Below, in pieces: positions 45,973 through 56,257 of a stretch of DNA of 64,000 nucleotides. How positions within the stretch are numbered: position 1 is the first letter of the stretch; every line of letters starts with the position of its first letter. The notes below the pieces were generated by a model, which ran no database searches, had not been told where the DNA came from, and saw nothing but the letters and a program-made list of their open reading frames with translations. The position numbers and the translations under genes are program-made. Origin of the DNA: Isosphaeraceae bacterium (lineage in GTDB: Bacteria > Planctomycetota > Planctomycetia > Isosphaerales > Isosphaeraceae); assembly GCA_965201075.1 (NCBI GenBank), contig CBDAVP010000015.1, positions 1 through 64,000 on the forward strand, written 5' to 3'.

Positions 45973-47522
45973 GTCGCGCGAATCGTTGGCTGTTCACGCT
46001 GTTCCTGCCGGTGATGACCCTGGTCGTGGTGATCGGTTGGGTGATCGTTTCGGTGGGGGACCTGCACGACCGGCTTGCCCGGGTGTCGCCGCCGCTGGCG
46101 ATGGCGGTGATCGGGGCGTTGTCGCTGGCGCTGGTGGTCAGCCTGTTCGCGATGGCGAGGCTGGCCTGGCGACTTTCGCGGCCGGAGCGTGGTCCGGCGA
46201 CGGCTCCCGAGGATGTGGTCAAGGCGGCGGAGGTTCAGGCGGAGAAGGCCGAGGGGGTGATCGCCCAGATCCGCGACGAGGGGGCGCGATCCCGGCTGAA
46301 TGGGGAACTCGCGACGCTTCGGGCGGATCGGGATGGGCGGCGGTTTCATGTCGTGGTGTTCGGGACGGGGTCGGCGGGCAAGACGTCGCTGATTAATGCC
46401 TTGCTCGGTCGGGAGGTGGGCCGGACCGAGGCTCGGATCGGCACCACGAAGGCGGTCGAGGGGCATACGCACACCGTCGAGGGAGTCGAGGGGACCTTGT
46501 TACTGACGGACACTCCCGGCCTGTCGGAGATTGGCGAGGGAGGGGCGCGGCGGGAATCGGCGGCGAGGGACCTGGCGGCCAGGGCCGACCTTTTGCTGTT
46601 CGTGGTGGATGGGGACCTCGTCCGCGCCGAATATGAACCCTTGACGGCGCTGGCGAAGCAGGGGAAACGGTCGCTGGTGGTCCTGAACAAGGTGGATCGG
46701 TACGGTGAGGCGGACATCCAGGCGATCCTGGCGAAGTTGCGCGAGCGGTTGCACGGGGTGGTCCCCTCGGCGGATGTCGTTCCGGTGGCGGCTTCCCCCC
46801 GGGCGGTCCCGACTCGATTGAGGCGAGCCGACGGCACGACGGAGACGGTGCTGGAGGCCGAGCCGCCGGACCTGGGGGAACTCCGCAAGCGGATTGGCGC
46901 GATCCTGGATCGAGAAGGGGACTCGCTCCGGGCGGGGAATTTGCTTCTCAGGGCCCATCTGCTGGGTCAGGAGGCTCAGGAGGCGCTTTCCTCGGAACGG
47001 GACCAGAAGGCCCGGGCGGTTTTGGAACGATTTCAGTGGATCGCGGCCGGCACCGTGTTCGCCAACCCGATCCCGGCGTTGGATTTGATGGCGGTGGGGG
47101 CGGTCCAGTTTCAGATGATCTCGGAAATTGCCGGCGCCTATGGGGTAGAGCTTTCGACCGCCCATGCCCGCCTGATCGGCGGGCAGATGATCCAGATGTT
47201 GTTGAAAACCGGGATCGTGGAGGCCTCGACGTCGCTGATCGCCGGACTGTTCAAGTCGACGATGGTGGGATACGCGGCGGGGGGGGCGGTCCAGGCCGTT
47301 TCGATGGCGTACCTGACGAGAATTTCGGGGCTGACCTTCGCCGACTATTTCCGCAAGGGGCAGGACTGGGGCGATGGCGGGATGCAGGCGGCGTTGCAGC
47401 GGCAGTTCGACTTGAATAGCCGGGCGGATTTTCTTCAGGACTTCGCCAAGCAGGCGTTGGCGAGGGTCGTTCGCCGGGCGACGGGGACGAAGGATGCCGA
47501 GGAAGGGGCGGGCCGCCGTTGA
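45969..47522 (+). CDS. Era/HSR1-like GTPase with N-terminal TMs and DUF697/YcjF-like C-terminus (paralog 1)
   Basis: G1 GTGSAGKTS, G2 GTT, G3 DTPG, G4 NKVD; NPIPALD. Confidence 0.85.
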   Translation: MSRANRWLFTLFLPVMTLVVVIGWVIVSVGDLHDRLARVSPPLAMAVIGALSLALVVSLFAMARLAWRLSRPERGPATAPEDVVKAAEVQAEKAEGVIAQIRDEGARSRLNGELATLRADRDGRRFHVVVFGTGSAGKTSLINALLGREVGRTEARIGTTKAVEGHTHTVEGVEGTLLLTDTPGLSEIGEGGARRESAARDLAARADLLLFVVDGDLVRAEYEPLTALAKQGKRSLVVLNKVDRYGEADIQAILAKLRERLHGVVPSADVVPVAASPRAVPTRLRRADGTTETVLEAEPPDLGELRKRIGAILDREGDSLRAGNLLLRAHLLGQEAQEALSSERDQKARAVLERFQWIAAGTVFANPIPALDLMAVGAVQFQMISEIAGAYGVELSTAHARLIGGQMIQMLLKTGIVEASTSLIAGLFKSTMVGYAAGGAVQAVSMAYLTRISGLTFADYFRKGQDWGDGGMQAALQRQFDLNSRADFLQDFAKQALARVVRRATGTKDAEEGAGRR

Positions 47523-47727
47523 ACGTTCGCGGTTGTGTCGGAGATGGGGGCGGCCGATGATTCAGGGCTGGCGTCGACGACTGAGCTTCTGGCTGCGGCG
47601 GCTGAAGCTGAAGGGGCATTCGCGTCCAAGGTCGCCAGGGGCGTTGTCGTCGAGGCCGTTGGTGGTGGCGGGCCGGGTGTTGTTGCCGGTGAGCGAGGCT
47701 GGGGATTCGGCTCAAGAGGACGCGACG

Positions 47728-49221
47728 ATGCCGATGGATCACGTCCCCACCCCCGAGGAATTTCTCAAGGGGGACTCGCCGGTCGAGGAGGAGAATACGT
47801 CGGCGGGGGCAAAACCCGCGACCCACGACGGTGAGCACATCCTCACCGCCGAGGAGGAGGCGGCGCTGGCCGGGTTTTTGGGGAAACTCGACACCCAGCC
47901 GGATTTGACCGCTCGGGCACGTGAGAGTCTGGAGGAAACGCTCGCGGGTCTGCAACTGACCACTCAGGAGACCGCGGCGCTGGCCGAGGAGCTTGAGCAA
48001 CTGCGGGCACTCTCGGCGAAGCTGGACGACAACGTGGTGGAGATCGCGGCGTTCGGGCTGGTCAGTCGGGGGAAGTCCTCGGTGCTGAATGCCTTGCTGG
48101 GGCGCGAGGCGTTCAAGACCGGTTCGACTCATGGGACGACCACCGTTCGCGACGCCCAGCCCTGGCAGAGCGTGACGCTTTCGGGGGATGACCCGGAATC
48201 GGCGAAGCTGGTCCTGGTGGACACGCCCGGCATTGACGAGGTGGGCGGGGAGGCCCGGGAAACCCTGGCGAGGGACGTGGCTCGCCATGCCGACCTGCTG
48301 CTGTTCGTCGTGTCGAGCGACATGACGCGTCGCGAGTACGACGCCCTGGCCCAGTTGCGCGAGGCCCAGAAGCCAATCATCCTGGTGTTCAACCAGATCG
48401 ACCGTTACCCGGACGCGGATCGGGACCAGGTCTACGAAACGATTCGCGACGAGCGGGTGCGGCACCTGGTCCGTCCCGAGGATGTGGTGATGACCGCGGC
48501 CCGACCCGACCCGTACAAAGTCAAGATCCGCAACGCCGATGGGACGACAACGGTGACCTGGGAGCGGCCCGACCCGGTGATCGAGCCATTGAAGGCGCGC
48601 ATCCTGGAGGTGTTGCATCGCGAGGGGAAAGCGCTGGTGGCATTGAATACGCTGCTATTCGCGGGGGATCTGCATCAGGAAATTGTTTCTCACAAGATGC
48701 ACATCCGCGACGAGGCGGCGAACCAGCTGATCTGGAATTTCTCGCTGGCCAAGGGGGCGGCGGTGGGTCTGAACCCGATTCCCGTGGCGGACATGGCCGG
48801 GGGTCTGGCGGTGGATGTGGCGATGATCGTCGCGCTGAGTCGGGCTTATGGCATCGCGCTCACGAAGCGAACGGCGGCGACACTGGTCAAGGACATGGTG
48901 AAGGCGTTGGGGGCCCTGGGAGCGGTCGAGGTCGCGTCACGATTGCTGATGGCCGGGGTCAAGGCGACGTTCGCGGGGGCGACGGTGGCCACCGGCGGGT
49001 TGGCGGCGCTGGGATACGGGGCGATCGGGTTGGCTCAGGGGGCAACGGCGGCTTATACGTCGTACATTCTGGGGCAGGGAGCGAAGATTTATTTGCAGCA
49101 AGGGTGCCAGTGGGGCACCAAGGGGATCAAGACCGTCATCCAGCAAATTCTGGATCAGGCCCAGGCCGACTCAGTGATGGATCGTCTCAAGGATGACCTC
49201 AAGCGGAAGGTGCGAGCTTGA
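47728..49221 (+). CDS. Era/HSR1-like GTPase with DUF697/YcjF-like C-terminus (paralog 2)
   Basis: G1 GLVSRGKSS, GTT, DTPG, G4 NQID; NPIPVAD. Confidence 0.85.
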   Translation: MPMDHVPTPEEFLKGDSPVEEENTSAGAKPATHDGEHILTAEEEAALAGFLGKLDTQPDLTARARESLEETLAGLQLTTQETAALAEELEQLRALSAKLDDNVVEIAAFGLVSRGKSSVLNALLGREAFKTGSTHGTTTVRDAQPWQSVTLSGDDPESAKLVLVDTPGIDEVGGEARETLARDVARHADLLLFVVSSDMTRREYDALAQLREAQKPIILVFNQIDRYPDADRDQVYETIRDERVRHLVRPEDVVMTAARPDPYKVKIRNADGTTTVTWERPDPVIEPLKARILEVLHREGKALVALNTLLFAGDLHQEIVSHKMHIRDEAANQLIWNFSLAKGAAVGLNPIPVADMAGGLAVDVAMIVALSRAYGIALTKRTAATLVKDMVKALGALGAVEVASRLLMAGVKATFAGATVATGGLAALGYGAIGLAQGATAAYTSYILGQGAKIYLQQGCQWGTKGIKTVIQQILDQAQADSVMDRLKDDLKRKVRA

Positions 49222-49249
49222 GGACGTCACCGTTGCGGGAGCGGGCTTG

Positions 49250-50422
49250 ATGGCAGGCGAGGCTCGGCCATTGCTGGAGGTCGTGGCGTTCGGCCTGGTC
49301 AATGCCGGGAAGTCGAGCCTGCTCAATGCGCTGGCCGGTGAGGGGACGAGGCCGACGAGCCCGATCGGTGGAACGACCCTGGATGTGGCGGCGGGAGACT
49401 GGCAAGAGGTTCTCGCCGAGGTCGGCCCGTACGCGGTTCGGTTGGTGGATACTCCGGGGATCGAGGAGGTGGGGGATTCGCAGCGGGGGCCGCTGGCAAT
49501 CGAGGCGGCCCTGCGTGGGGACGTCGTTTTGTTCGTGGCGGCCGAGGATCTGACGGGAACGGCCCTGATAGCGCTGGGCAATCTGCGGGCGGCGGCCAAG
49601 CCGATGCTGGTGGCCGTCAACAAGATGGATTTACTGGAAGAGGAGGAGCGGGCAGTTGTCTTGCGGGCGGTTCGGCGGCGACTGGAGGGAATCGTTCCGT
49701 CGGAGGATGTGTTTGGAGTCTCGGCGGCGCCGCTGGTCCGGCGGCGGGTGGAGGGGGAGGATGGGCGTTGGCGGGTCGAGACCGGTCGCGGTGAACCCGA
49801 GATCGCGGAGTTGCGCGAGCGGCTGATGGCAGCGCTGGCGGCCTCGGCCCCGGAACTGAAGACGCTGGGCGAGGTGGCGGGGGAGGTGGACCGTCATCTG
49901 GAAGACCGAGAGGTGGATCGTCGGGGTCGACGGGCTCATGCGGAGCGGGTGGCCGATGAGACGAGCCTGGGTCTGGCCCTGGCGTTGGCGTTGAACCCGG
50001 TGCCGATCCTTGATTTCCTGGCGGGCTCGGGCGGGTTGACACTCCTGGCCCGTCGAGTCGCCGGGGCTTACGGCGAGGTGCTTTCACCGGAATCGGCCCG
50101 GGCGCTGGCGTCGGAGTTGTTCCGGGGAGGGCGGTCGACGCTTTGGGGGTCGCTGGCGGGGGTGGGCCTGGGCGGGATCATGAAATTCTTGCCGGGGGCG
50201 GGGCACCTGGCCGGAGCGCTGACTCAGGCGACCTCGGCGGGGGTCTTTGGCCACATCCTGGGACGGGCCCTGGTGGACTATTTCGAGCGGGGGCATGATT
50301 GGGGAGACGGCGGCCTGGTCGCCTCGCTGGACCGGCTGGCCCGGTCGACCGATCGGCGGACTCTGACTCGGGGCCTGGCCGATCAACTCAAGAGTCGCCT
50401 TCGTGGAGCGTCGCGCCGTTGA
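49250..50422 (+). CDS. Era/HSR1-like GTPase with DUF697/YcjF-like C-terminus (paralog 3)
   Basis: G1 GLVNAGKSS, GTT, DTPG, G4 NKMD; NPVPILD. Confidence 0.85.
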   Translation: MAGEARPLLEVVAFGLVNAGKSSLLNALAGEGTRPTSPIGGTTLDVAAGDWQEVLAEVGPYAVRLVDTPGIEEVGDSQRGPLAIEAALRGDVVLFVAAEDLTGTALIALGNLRAAAKPMLVAVNKMDLLEEEERAVVLRAVRRRLEGIVPSEDVFGVSAAPLVRRRVEGEDGRWRVETGRGEPEIAELRERLMAALAASAPELKTLGEVAGEVDRHLEDREVDRRGRRAHAERVADETSLGLALALALNPVPILDFLAGSGGLTLLARRVAGAYGEVLSPESARALASELFRGGRSTLWGSLAGVGLGGIMKFLPGAGHLAGALTQATSAGVFGHILGRALVDYFERGHDWGDGGLVASLDRLARSTDRRTLTRGLADQLKSRLRGASRR

Positions 50423-50871
50423 ATCCGTCCCGCCCGCGGTCCCGGTCTCGCCAGGTGGTCTCGGCCCTGATCGGCGTGGCCGCGCTGGTGGGTTTGCTGG
50501 CGTGGGAAGTGGGCCGAACCCTGCCGGTGCGGCGGGCTTTGGACGTCTACCAACGATTGATCGTGGCGGGCAACCTCGGCGACCTGGCGGGTGTCGAGGC
50601 CTTGTGTTCGGCTCACTACCGAGCCGCGCATCCCCCGTCGCTGGCGCCCGAGGGTGGGGTGAATGGCTTGCCCCGCGGACTTCCTCATCGCAATTTTCGG
50701 GCCTGGAAGCGAGGCAAGGAGGTCCTGGTCTGTCCGTCGGGGCGTGACCATCCGGGGCCGGTCTATCGGTTCGTCCAGGAAGACGGAGGGACGTGGCGAT
50801 TCGATGGGCCCGTGGGTCTGCTGTACCCGGATGGGCGGATGGTCGAGGAAGAGGTTGAGGCTCTCCCCTGA
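50419..50871 (+). CDS. Membrane-anchored hypothetical protein (NTF2-like?)
   Basis: TTG start overlaps the GTPase stop; one TM helix, then soluble domain ending GTWRFDG. Confidence 0.6.
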   Translation: MNPSRPRSRSRQVVSALIGVAALVGLLAWEVGRTLPVRRALDVYQRLIVAGNLGDLAGVEALCSAHYRAAHPPSLAPEGGVNGLPRGLPHRNFRAWKRGKEVLVCPSGRDHPGPVYRFVQEDGGTWRFDGPVGLLYPDGRMVEEEVEALP

Positions 50872-51270
50872 CAGGTCAGGCGGCGATCTCCTGACCGTCA
50901 TGGCCTCGATCCAACCGACTGCCCGAAACGATCTGCCTGTCCAGCCTCGTGCCAGGGTGAAGGATTGGTTGGAGGCGGAGGGACCGGGTATGGATTCGGC
51001 GCGGGGCGGATGGCCATTCTCCAGGAGGTGGAGCGAACCGGGTCGATTGCGGAATCCGCGCGGACCGAAGGCTGACTCTTGAGTGGACCCCGGTTGCCGA
51101 GGCCAGGCGGAATCGATGGGGAGTCTGGACCGAGGCGCCTGGTCTTGGGCCATCGGTTCGGGCGATTGACAGGCGGGGCGCGGTCGCTACAATCGGGCCT
51201 CGCGAGGCTTGCGCCAACCTCGCTTGCAGAATCCTGGGCGTGGCGGCGGCCGCGGGGAGGGAACCACCGG

Positions 51271-52158
51271 ATGCTGTCGCGCTCGTCTCTGGCCTGGCAA
51301 TGGGTCGCCCTGGTCGCCTTGCTGATTGGGGAAGTGCCGGCTTACGGCCAGGCTCCGGCGGCCAAAGCGCCCGCGGGCCAGGTGGTTGGGGCCGCGAAGG
51401 CGAAGGCGGACCCCGCGACCGATTCGGGGGGTTCCAAGGTCGATCGGGCGAGCCTGCTGAAACTCGCGGCCAACCCGATGATGATCCCGCTGGGCCTTTG
51501 CTCGATCGCGGCTGTTGGCTTCGCGTTGGAGCGATGGGTCGCGCTGCGTCGAAGTCGCGTCATTCCGGCGGACTTCGTCGAACGGTTTGTCGAGCGTGTT
51601 TCCAATGGCAAACTCGATCGCGATCGGGCCGTGGAGCTTTGTCGAGCGAACGAGAGCCCAGTGGCCCGGATCTTCGCGAGGGTGGTGGGCTATTGGGGAC
51701 AGCCGGCCGCGGCGATTCGCCTGGCGATGGGCCAGGATGCCGCCGGGGAACTGGCCGACCTGCGGCGCAATGTCCGGGTCCTCAACGCCACGGCAACCCT
51801 GGCCCCGCTGCTGGGTTTGTTGGGAACCGTCTTCGGCATGATCGAGTCGTTCGACGCGGTTGCTCACTCGTCGTCGTCCGGAGGGGCTCGCGGTGGAGCG
51901 TTGGCCCACGGGATCAGCCTGGCTCTGGGGGCCACGGCGTTTGGGTTGGTCGTGGCGGCGTTCTCGGTGACGGCATATTACTTCCTGCTGAACCGGCTGG
52001 ACGTGGTGATCCGCGACCTCGACGCCCAGACGCGGCGGGTGATCGACCTGGTCGCCGCCGAGCCGCCCACGCCCCGATCGACCGTCGGGGAACGGCGAGA
52101 GTTTCCCCCTCGTCATGAACCGCGCCCTAGCTCGTTGGGGCGTACCGAGGCGGTCTGA
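51271..52158 (+). CDS. MotA/TolQ/ExbB proton channel protein
   Basis: ATLAPLLGLLGTVFGMIESF, GISLALGATAFGL. Confidence 0.92.
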   Translation: MLSRSSLAWQWVALVALLIGEVPAYGQAPAAKAPAGQVVGAAKAKADPATDSGGSKVDRASLLKLAANPMMIPLGLCSIAAVGFALERWVALRRSRVIPADFVERFVERVSNGKLDRDRAVELCRANESPVARIFARVVGYWGQPAAAIRLAMGQDAAGELADLRRNVRVLNATATLAPLLGLLGTVFGMIESFDAVAHSSSSGGARGGALAHGISLALGATAFGLVVAAFSVTAYYFLLNRLDVVIRDLDAQTRRVIDLVAAEPPTPRSTVGERREFPPRHEPRPSSLGRTEAV

Positions 52159-52203
52159 GTTTTCGGATCGGGCGTGGCGACGGATGGTCCAGGGAGTTTC
52201 GCG

Positions 52204-52635
52204 ATGTTGATCGACCGCCAGCCCGCCGAGGACCTTCCTCAGATCAACCTGATGCCGATGATCGACGTGGTGCTCTGCCTGCTAATCTTCTTCATGGCGG
52301 CCACGCGTCTGTATGACTGGGACGATCAGCAATTCGTGGTCAAGGTGCCCGAGGTCTCCGACGCGGCCCCTTTGACCTCGGCTCCCGGTGATCTGGAGCT
52401 TCAAGTCGTGGCTCCTGGGCGGGTGGCCCTGGGCGACAAGACTCTGGACCTGCCGGCCGTGACCTCGGCGCTTCGAGAGGCCTGCCAGCGGTATCCCGAC
52501 CAGGGCGTGCAAGTTCGGGGCGAGGCGAGCCTGAGTTATCAGGACGTGGCGGACGTCCTGGCCGCCTGCGAAACGGCCGGGGTAAAAAACGTCCGCCTGC
52601 CGGTCCGGCCCCGCACCGATCCGTCGGCCCGCTAA
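52204..52635 (+). CDS. ExbD/TolR family protein
   Basis: INLMPMIDVVLCLLIFFM; VRGEASLSYQDV. Confidence 0.92.
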   Translation: MLIDRQPAEDLPQINLMPMIDVVLCLLIFFMAATRLYDWDDQQFVVKVPEVSDAAPLTSAPGDLELQVVAPGRVALGDKTLDLPAVTSALREACQRYPDQGVQVRGEASLSYQDVADVLAACETAGVKNVRLPVRPRTDPSAR

Positions 52636-52676
52636 TCCGCCCTTGCGTCACTCGCCAGCCCCCCACGACTTGAGGC

Positions 52677-53354
52677 ATGACCGTGCAGCCGATTCTGGAC
52701 TTTCTCCACCCGATCCTGAGCTTGCTGAAAGCTGAAGACGTGGTGCGCCTCGGTTACGCGGCGATGACGGCGATCGTCTTCGTCGAGACTGGGCTCCTGA
52801 TTGGGTTCTGCCTACCGGGCGACTCGCTGCTGGTGACGGCGGGGATCTTCGCGGCGAGGGGCGACCTGGACCTTTTCACGCTCAATGCGCTGCTGATCCC
52901 GGCGGCGATCCTGGGCGATTCGCTGGGCTATTTTCTGGGATATCACAGCGGGCCCCGGCTGTTCCGTCGCGAGAAGTCGTTGCTGTTCAACCCCGACCAC
53001 GTGAAGGCGGCTCAGGGGTTCTACCAGCGACATGGGGGGAAGACGGTGATCCTGGCGAGGTTCATGCCGATCGTCCGGACGTTCGCTCCGGTGGTGGCGG
53101 GCGTTGGCCGGATGAATTACCGCAAGTTCCTGTTCTACAACGTGATCGGCGGGATTGGCTGGGTCACGGGGATGACCACGGTGGGATATTTGCTGGGTCA
53201 GGCGTTTCCGTGGGCGGTGAAGCGGCTGGAAGTGATCATCGTCGTGGTGGTGTTTCTGTCAATCTTGCCGGGGCTCGTCGCCCTGGTTCGCAACCGGCTG
53301 CGGGGCGGCCACGAGGGGCTCGGCGATGCCCTGGCGGCCCCCGACGGCGAGTGA
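52677..53354 (+). CDS. DedA family membrane protein
   Basis: FVETGLLIGFCLPGDSLL, HGGKTVILARFMPIVRTFAP. Confidence 0.94.
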   Translation: MTVQPILDFLHPILSLLKAEDVVRLGYAAMTAIVFVETGLLIGFCLPGDSLLVTAGIFAARGDLDLFTLNALLIPAAILGDSLGYFLGYHSGPRLFRREKSLLFNPDHVKAAQGFYQRHGGKTVILARFMPIVRTFAPVVAGVGRMNYRKFLFYNVIGGIGWVTGMTTVGYLLGQAFPWAVKRLEVIIVVVVFLSILPGLVALVRNRLRGGHEGLGDALAAPDGE

Positions 53355-53648
53355 GTTCGGGGGCGAGTCGAGTGCCCGCTCCAGTTCGACGAGATGTTCC
53401 GCTTCCCACTCACCGCCGAGCAAGGCGCTGAGTTGGAGGCCCACCATCGCGTCGCTGGATGCCTGGGGTTCCTGGGTGAGCTTCATGTAAGGCCGAGCGC
53501 CGATCAGGACGGCGCGAGGTTTGCCGTGGACGGTCAGGACGTAACGGACCTCGTCCCGCTCCAGATCCTGGAGGATGGCAGGGAGGTTCTGGTGCAACTC
53601 GCGACTGCCGATGATGCGCACCGGCGCCGCGGAAGGCCTGGCTGACAT
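53259..53648 (-). CDS. Phd/YefM-like antitoxin domain protein
   Basis: IIGSRELHQNLPAIL...YVLTVHGKPRAVLI. Confidence 0.7.
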   Translation of the reverse strand: MSARPSAAPVRIIGSRELHQNLPAILQDLERDEVRYVLTVHGKPRAVLIGARPYMKLTQEPQASSDAMVGLQLSALLGGEWEAEHLVELERALDSPPNSLAVGGRQGIAEPLVAAPQPVANQGDEPRQD

Positions 53649-53761
53649 GATCCCGGGCTCCCTTTGGCGGAGGGAAAACATTCCCGAGGTCGCCGATGGG
53701 TGTCGCGGCGGCGGGGATGGGGACGTTGGACGTGAGGAAACGAGTCGGCCTAGAAATGCGA

Positions 53762-53783
53762 GCGGCCCGTCGAAACGGGCCGT
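53762..53783 (-). terminator. Hairpin 3' of tRNA-Ala
   Basis: CGGCCCGT-CGAA-ACGGGCCG. Confidence 0.5.
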
Positions 53784-53794
53784 CGTGGTGCGAG

Positions 53795-53868
<74 letters not shown>

Positions 53869-53995
53869 CGAGGATGTGAGCCGACGACGCCAGAGCCTCG
53901 TCAACAGGTCGAAATTTAACAGGCGAATCGCGGGTTGTCAACCATTGCGTGTCGTGGGGATGGGTTTGATCGAGAGCGACCAAGGGGCGGATTTC

Positions 53996-54697
53996 ATGAC
54001 AGCGACACGGCTCATCTTGACCAACGACGACGGGATCGACGCCCCCGGATTGGCCGCGCTGGCAAAAGCGGCGGTAGGGCTGGGGGAGTGGAGGATCGTG
54101 GCCCCGTTGGGGGAATGTTCAGGAGGTTCGCATGGAGTGACCACGCACAAGCCGATCCGACTGGAACGGCGGCAGGACGGGTCGGTCGGGGTGGGAGGGA
54201 CGCCGGCCGATTGCGTGCGATTGACTCTGCACCACCTGGAACCGAGCATTCAGTGGGTCCTTTCGGGAATCAACGCGGGAGGAAACCTGGGTGGAGACCT
54301 TCACCACTCCGCTACGGCGGCGGCGGCGCGGGAGGCGGCGTTGCGAGGGGTGCCGGCAGTGGCGATCTCGCATTATCGGGCCCGGGGGCTCACGATCGAC
54401 TGGAACCAGGCAGCGCGGTGGACGGCTCTGGTCCTGGCGGACCTCCTCGCGAGACCGTGGGCGCCTGGAACCTTTTGGAACGTTAACCTGCCGCACCAAC
54501 CGCCTGGCGGACCGGAGCCGGATATCGTTTTTTGCAGGGCCGACCCGAGCCCTCTGCCGCTCTCGTACCGGTGGGAAGGAGAAACCGCCACTTATGACGC
54601 GGATTATCACGGACGCGCGAGACTCGAAGGGGGAGACGTCGCGGTGTGTTTCGGCGGCCGGATCGCGGTGTCACTCGTGGCGGTGGGTCCGGGATGA
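53996..54697 (+). CDS. surE: 5'/3'-nucleotidase SurE
   Basis: LILTNDDGIDAPG, SGGSH, GTPADCV, SGINAGGNLG, NVNLP. Confidence 0.94.
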   Translation: MTATRLILTNDDGIDAPGLAALAKAAVGLGEWRIVAPLGECSGGSHGVTTHKPIRLERRQDGSVGVGGTPADCVRLTLHHLEPSIQWVLSGINAGGNLGGDLHHSATAAAAREAALRGVPAVAISHYRARGLTIDWNQAARWTALVLADLLARPWAPGTFWNVNLPHQPPGGPEPDIVFCRADPSPLPLSYRWEGETATYDADYHGRARLEGGDVAVCFGGRIAVSLVAVGPG

Positions 54698-54726
54698 GCT
54701 GTGGCCAGACGGGAGGGGGGCGGGAC

Positions 54727-54881
54727 CAGGGCCATTTCGTTCTCACTTTGCCTGTCCCCCTTTCGCCGACTGATGTCCCGCCCACGCCGCCCACCGGGCC
54801 GCAAAATGAGGACAGGTACCGGCGGGGTATCGCCGGAGCCAGTCCCCGATTACAAGGCCAATGGAGAAATCAACGGCCCTG
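54727..54881. repeat. REPIN/MITE-like element, copy 2 (left arm missing)
   Basis: Colinear with about 25104-25222 (CCACGCCGCCCACCGG...GGAGCCAGTCCCCGATT.CAAGGCC.ATGGA...AACGGCCCTG). Confidence 0.8.
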
Positions 54882-55020
54882 GGGTCGGGACTGGCGGGAG
54901 AGGTAGGTGGGCCGTCATAATGCGAGCAGGGGTCCTTGTCGGGAAATGGGACGAGGCGGGACGGAAGCGGTCCGGCGAGGGCCGCTTCGAGCCCGTCGTT
55001 GCTGTCTTGAGGGTGGGTCG

Positions 55021-56133
55021 ATGTTGAGGATTCGCGCATCGTGGCTGGGCCTGGTTGTCCTCGCGATCCCAGCGTGCGGGCCGCCTCCGGAGACGATCCC
55101 CACCCTGGCCCCCGGGGTCCAACGGACTCTCAAGGAGGACGAGGCCAACCCGGCGCAGGCCAAGGGGGAGCCTGGCAACGACGTTGATACCACCAAGCCG
55201 ACCGTGGGGGCCGAGGAGCAGGTCACGCCGCCACCGGTCCAACCTATCGCAGAGCGGACCACGCCTTCGGGCCTGAAGATCGCGATTCTGCAAGAAGGGC
55301 CGGGGGACGAGGCCAAGCCGGGCTTGGCCACCGACGTTCGCTACACCGCCTGGGTCGACGGGGGCCGGATTTTCGACAGCACCCAGCAGAAAAAGGCGTT
55401 ATTCCACTTCGTCCTCGGGTCCGGCGACGCGCTGAAGGGCCTGGACGAGGGGGTTGTCGGGATGAAGAAGGGGGAACGACGGCGGTTGACGGTCCCGCCG
55501 GCATTGGGTTATGGCGAGAAGGGCATGGAGAGCATGAAGGTGCCGACCAACGCCACGTTGATTTATGACGTGGACCTGGTGGGGGTCTCGGAACCCCAGG
55601 GACCCGTGCTCGCCATGCAGGAGGTGCAACCCGAAATGGCGCCCGAGGTCAAGGCCATCTCCGAGCGGTCGACATCCTCGAGGCTCAAGATCGAGGTCTT
55701 GCAGCAAGGGGCGGGCGAGGAGGCGAAGGCGGGTCAGTCGGTCTCAATGCACTATACCGGCTGGCTGCTTCATGGGGCAAAATTCGATAGTTCGCGGGAC
55801 CGTGGCAAGCTCTTCCCGTTCGTCCTGGGCGCTCACCAGGTGATCGAGGGGTGGGACGAGGGGATCGTGGGGATGAAGGTGGGAGAGCGGCGTCGGCTGA
55901 CGATTCCTCCGTCTCTGGGCTATGGCTCGCAATCCAAGCCCAAGATTCCTGCCGATTCGACGCTGGTCTTCGACATCGAATTAATTGGAGTCAGCGAAGG
56001 TCCACCCGAAACCGCCACGCCGGCCGAGCCCGCCAAGACCGATCCGGCCACGACGAAACCGGCGACGACGGAAGTCCCTAAGGCGGAAACACCGGCACCA
56101 GCCGCTTCCGAATCGGCGAAGCCGTCGCCGTGA
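55021..56133 (+). CDS. FKBP-type peptidyl-prolyl isomerase, two domains, probable lipoprotein
   Basis: IPAC lipobox-like; two FKBP domains (FDSS..., VIEGWDEG, GERRRLTIPP.LGYG). Confidence 0.93.
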   Translation: MLRIRASWLGLVVLAIPACGPPPETIPTLAPGVQRTLKEDEANPAQAKGEPGNDVDTTKPTVGAEEQVTPPPVQPIAERTTPSGLKIAILQEGPGDEAKPGLATDVRYTAWVDGGRIFDSTQQKKALFHFVLGSGDALKGLDEGVVGMKKGERRRLTVPPALGYGEKGMESMKVPTNATLIYDVDLVGVSEPQGPVLAMQEVQPEMAPEVKAISERSTSSRLKIEVLQQGAGEEAKAGQSVSMHYTGWLLHGAKFDSSRDRGKLFPFVLGAHQVIEGWDEGIVGMKVGERRRLTIPPSLGYGSQSKPKIPADSTLVFDIELIGVSEGPPETATPAEPAKTDPATTKPATTEVPKAETPAPAASESAKPSP

Positions 56134-56257
56134 AATCTGGCTTCCTTGGGGCGGCTCGGGCGGAACGATCCGACTTGATCGCTGGGGGGTGCTGGGTTAA
56201 GGTTCGCCTCCCGTCGGGAGCTGTACCCGATCGAGCGAATTCCCCCGGGAGGTCGGC

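Noticed and set aside
50900..51082. Small ORF MASIQPTARN...
   Set aside because: No motif or convincing RBS; cannot be supported
51271..52635. ExbB/ExbD without TonB as a novel system
   Set aside because: Such pairs are common in planctomycetes
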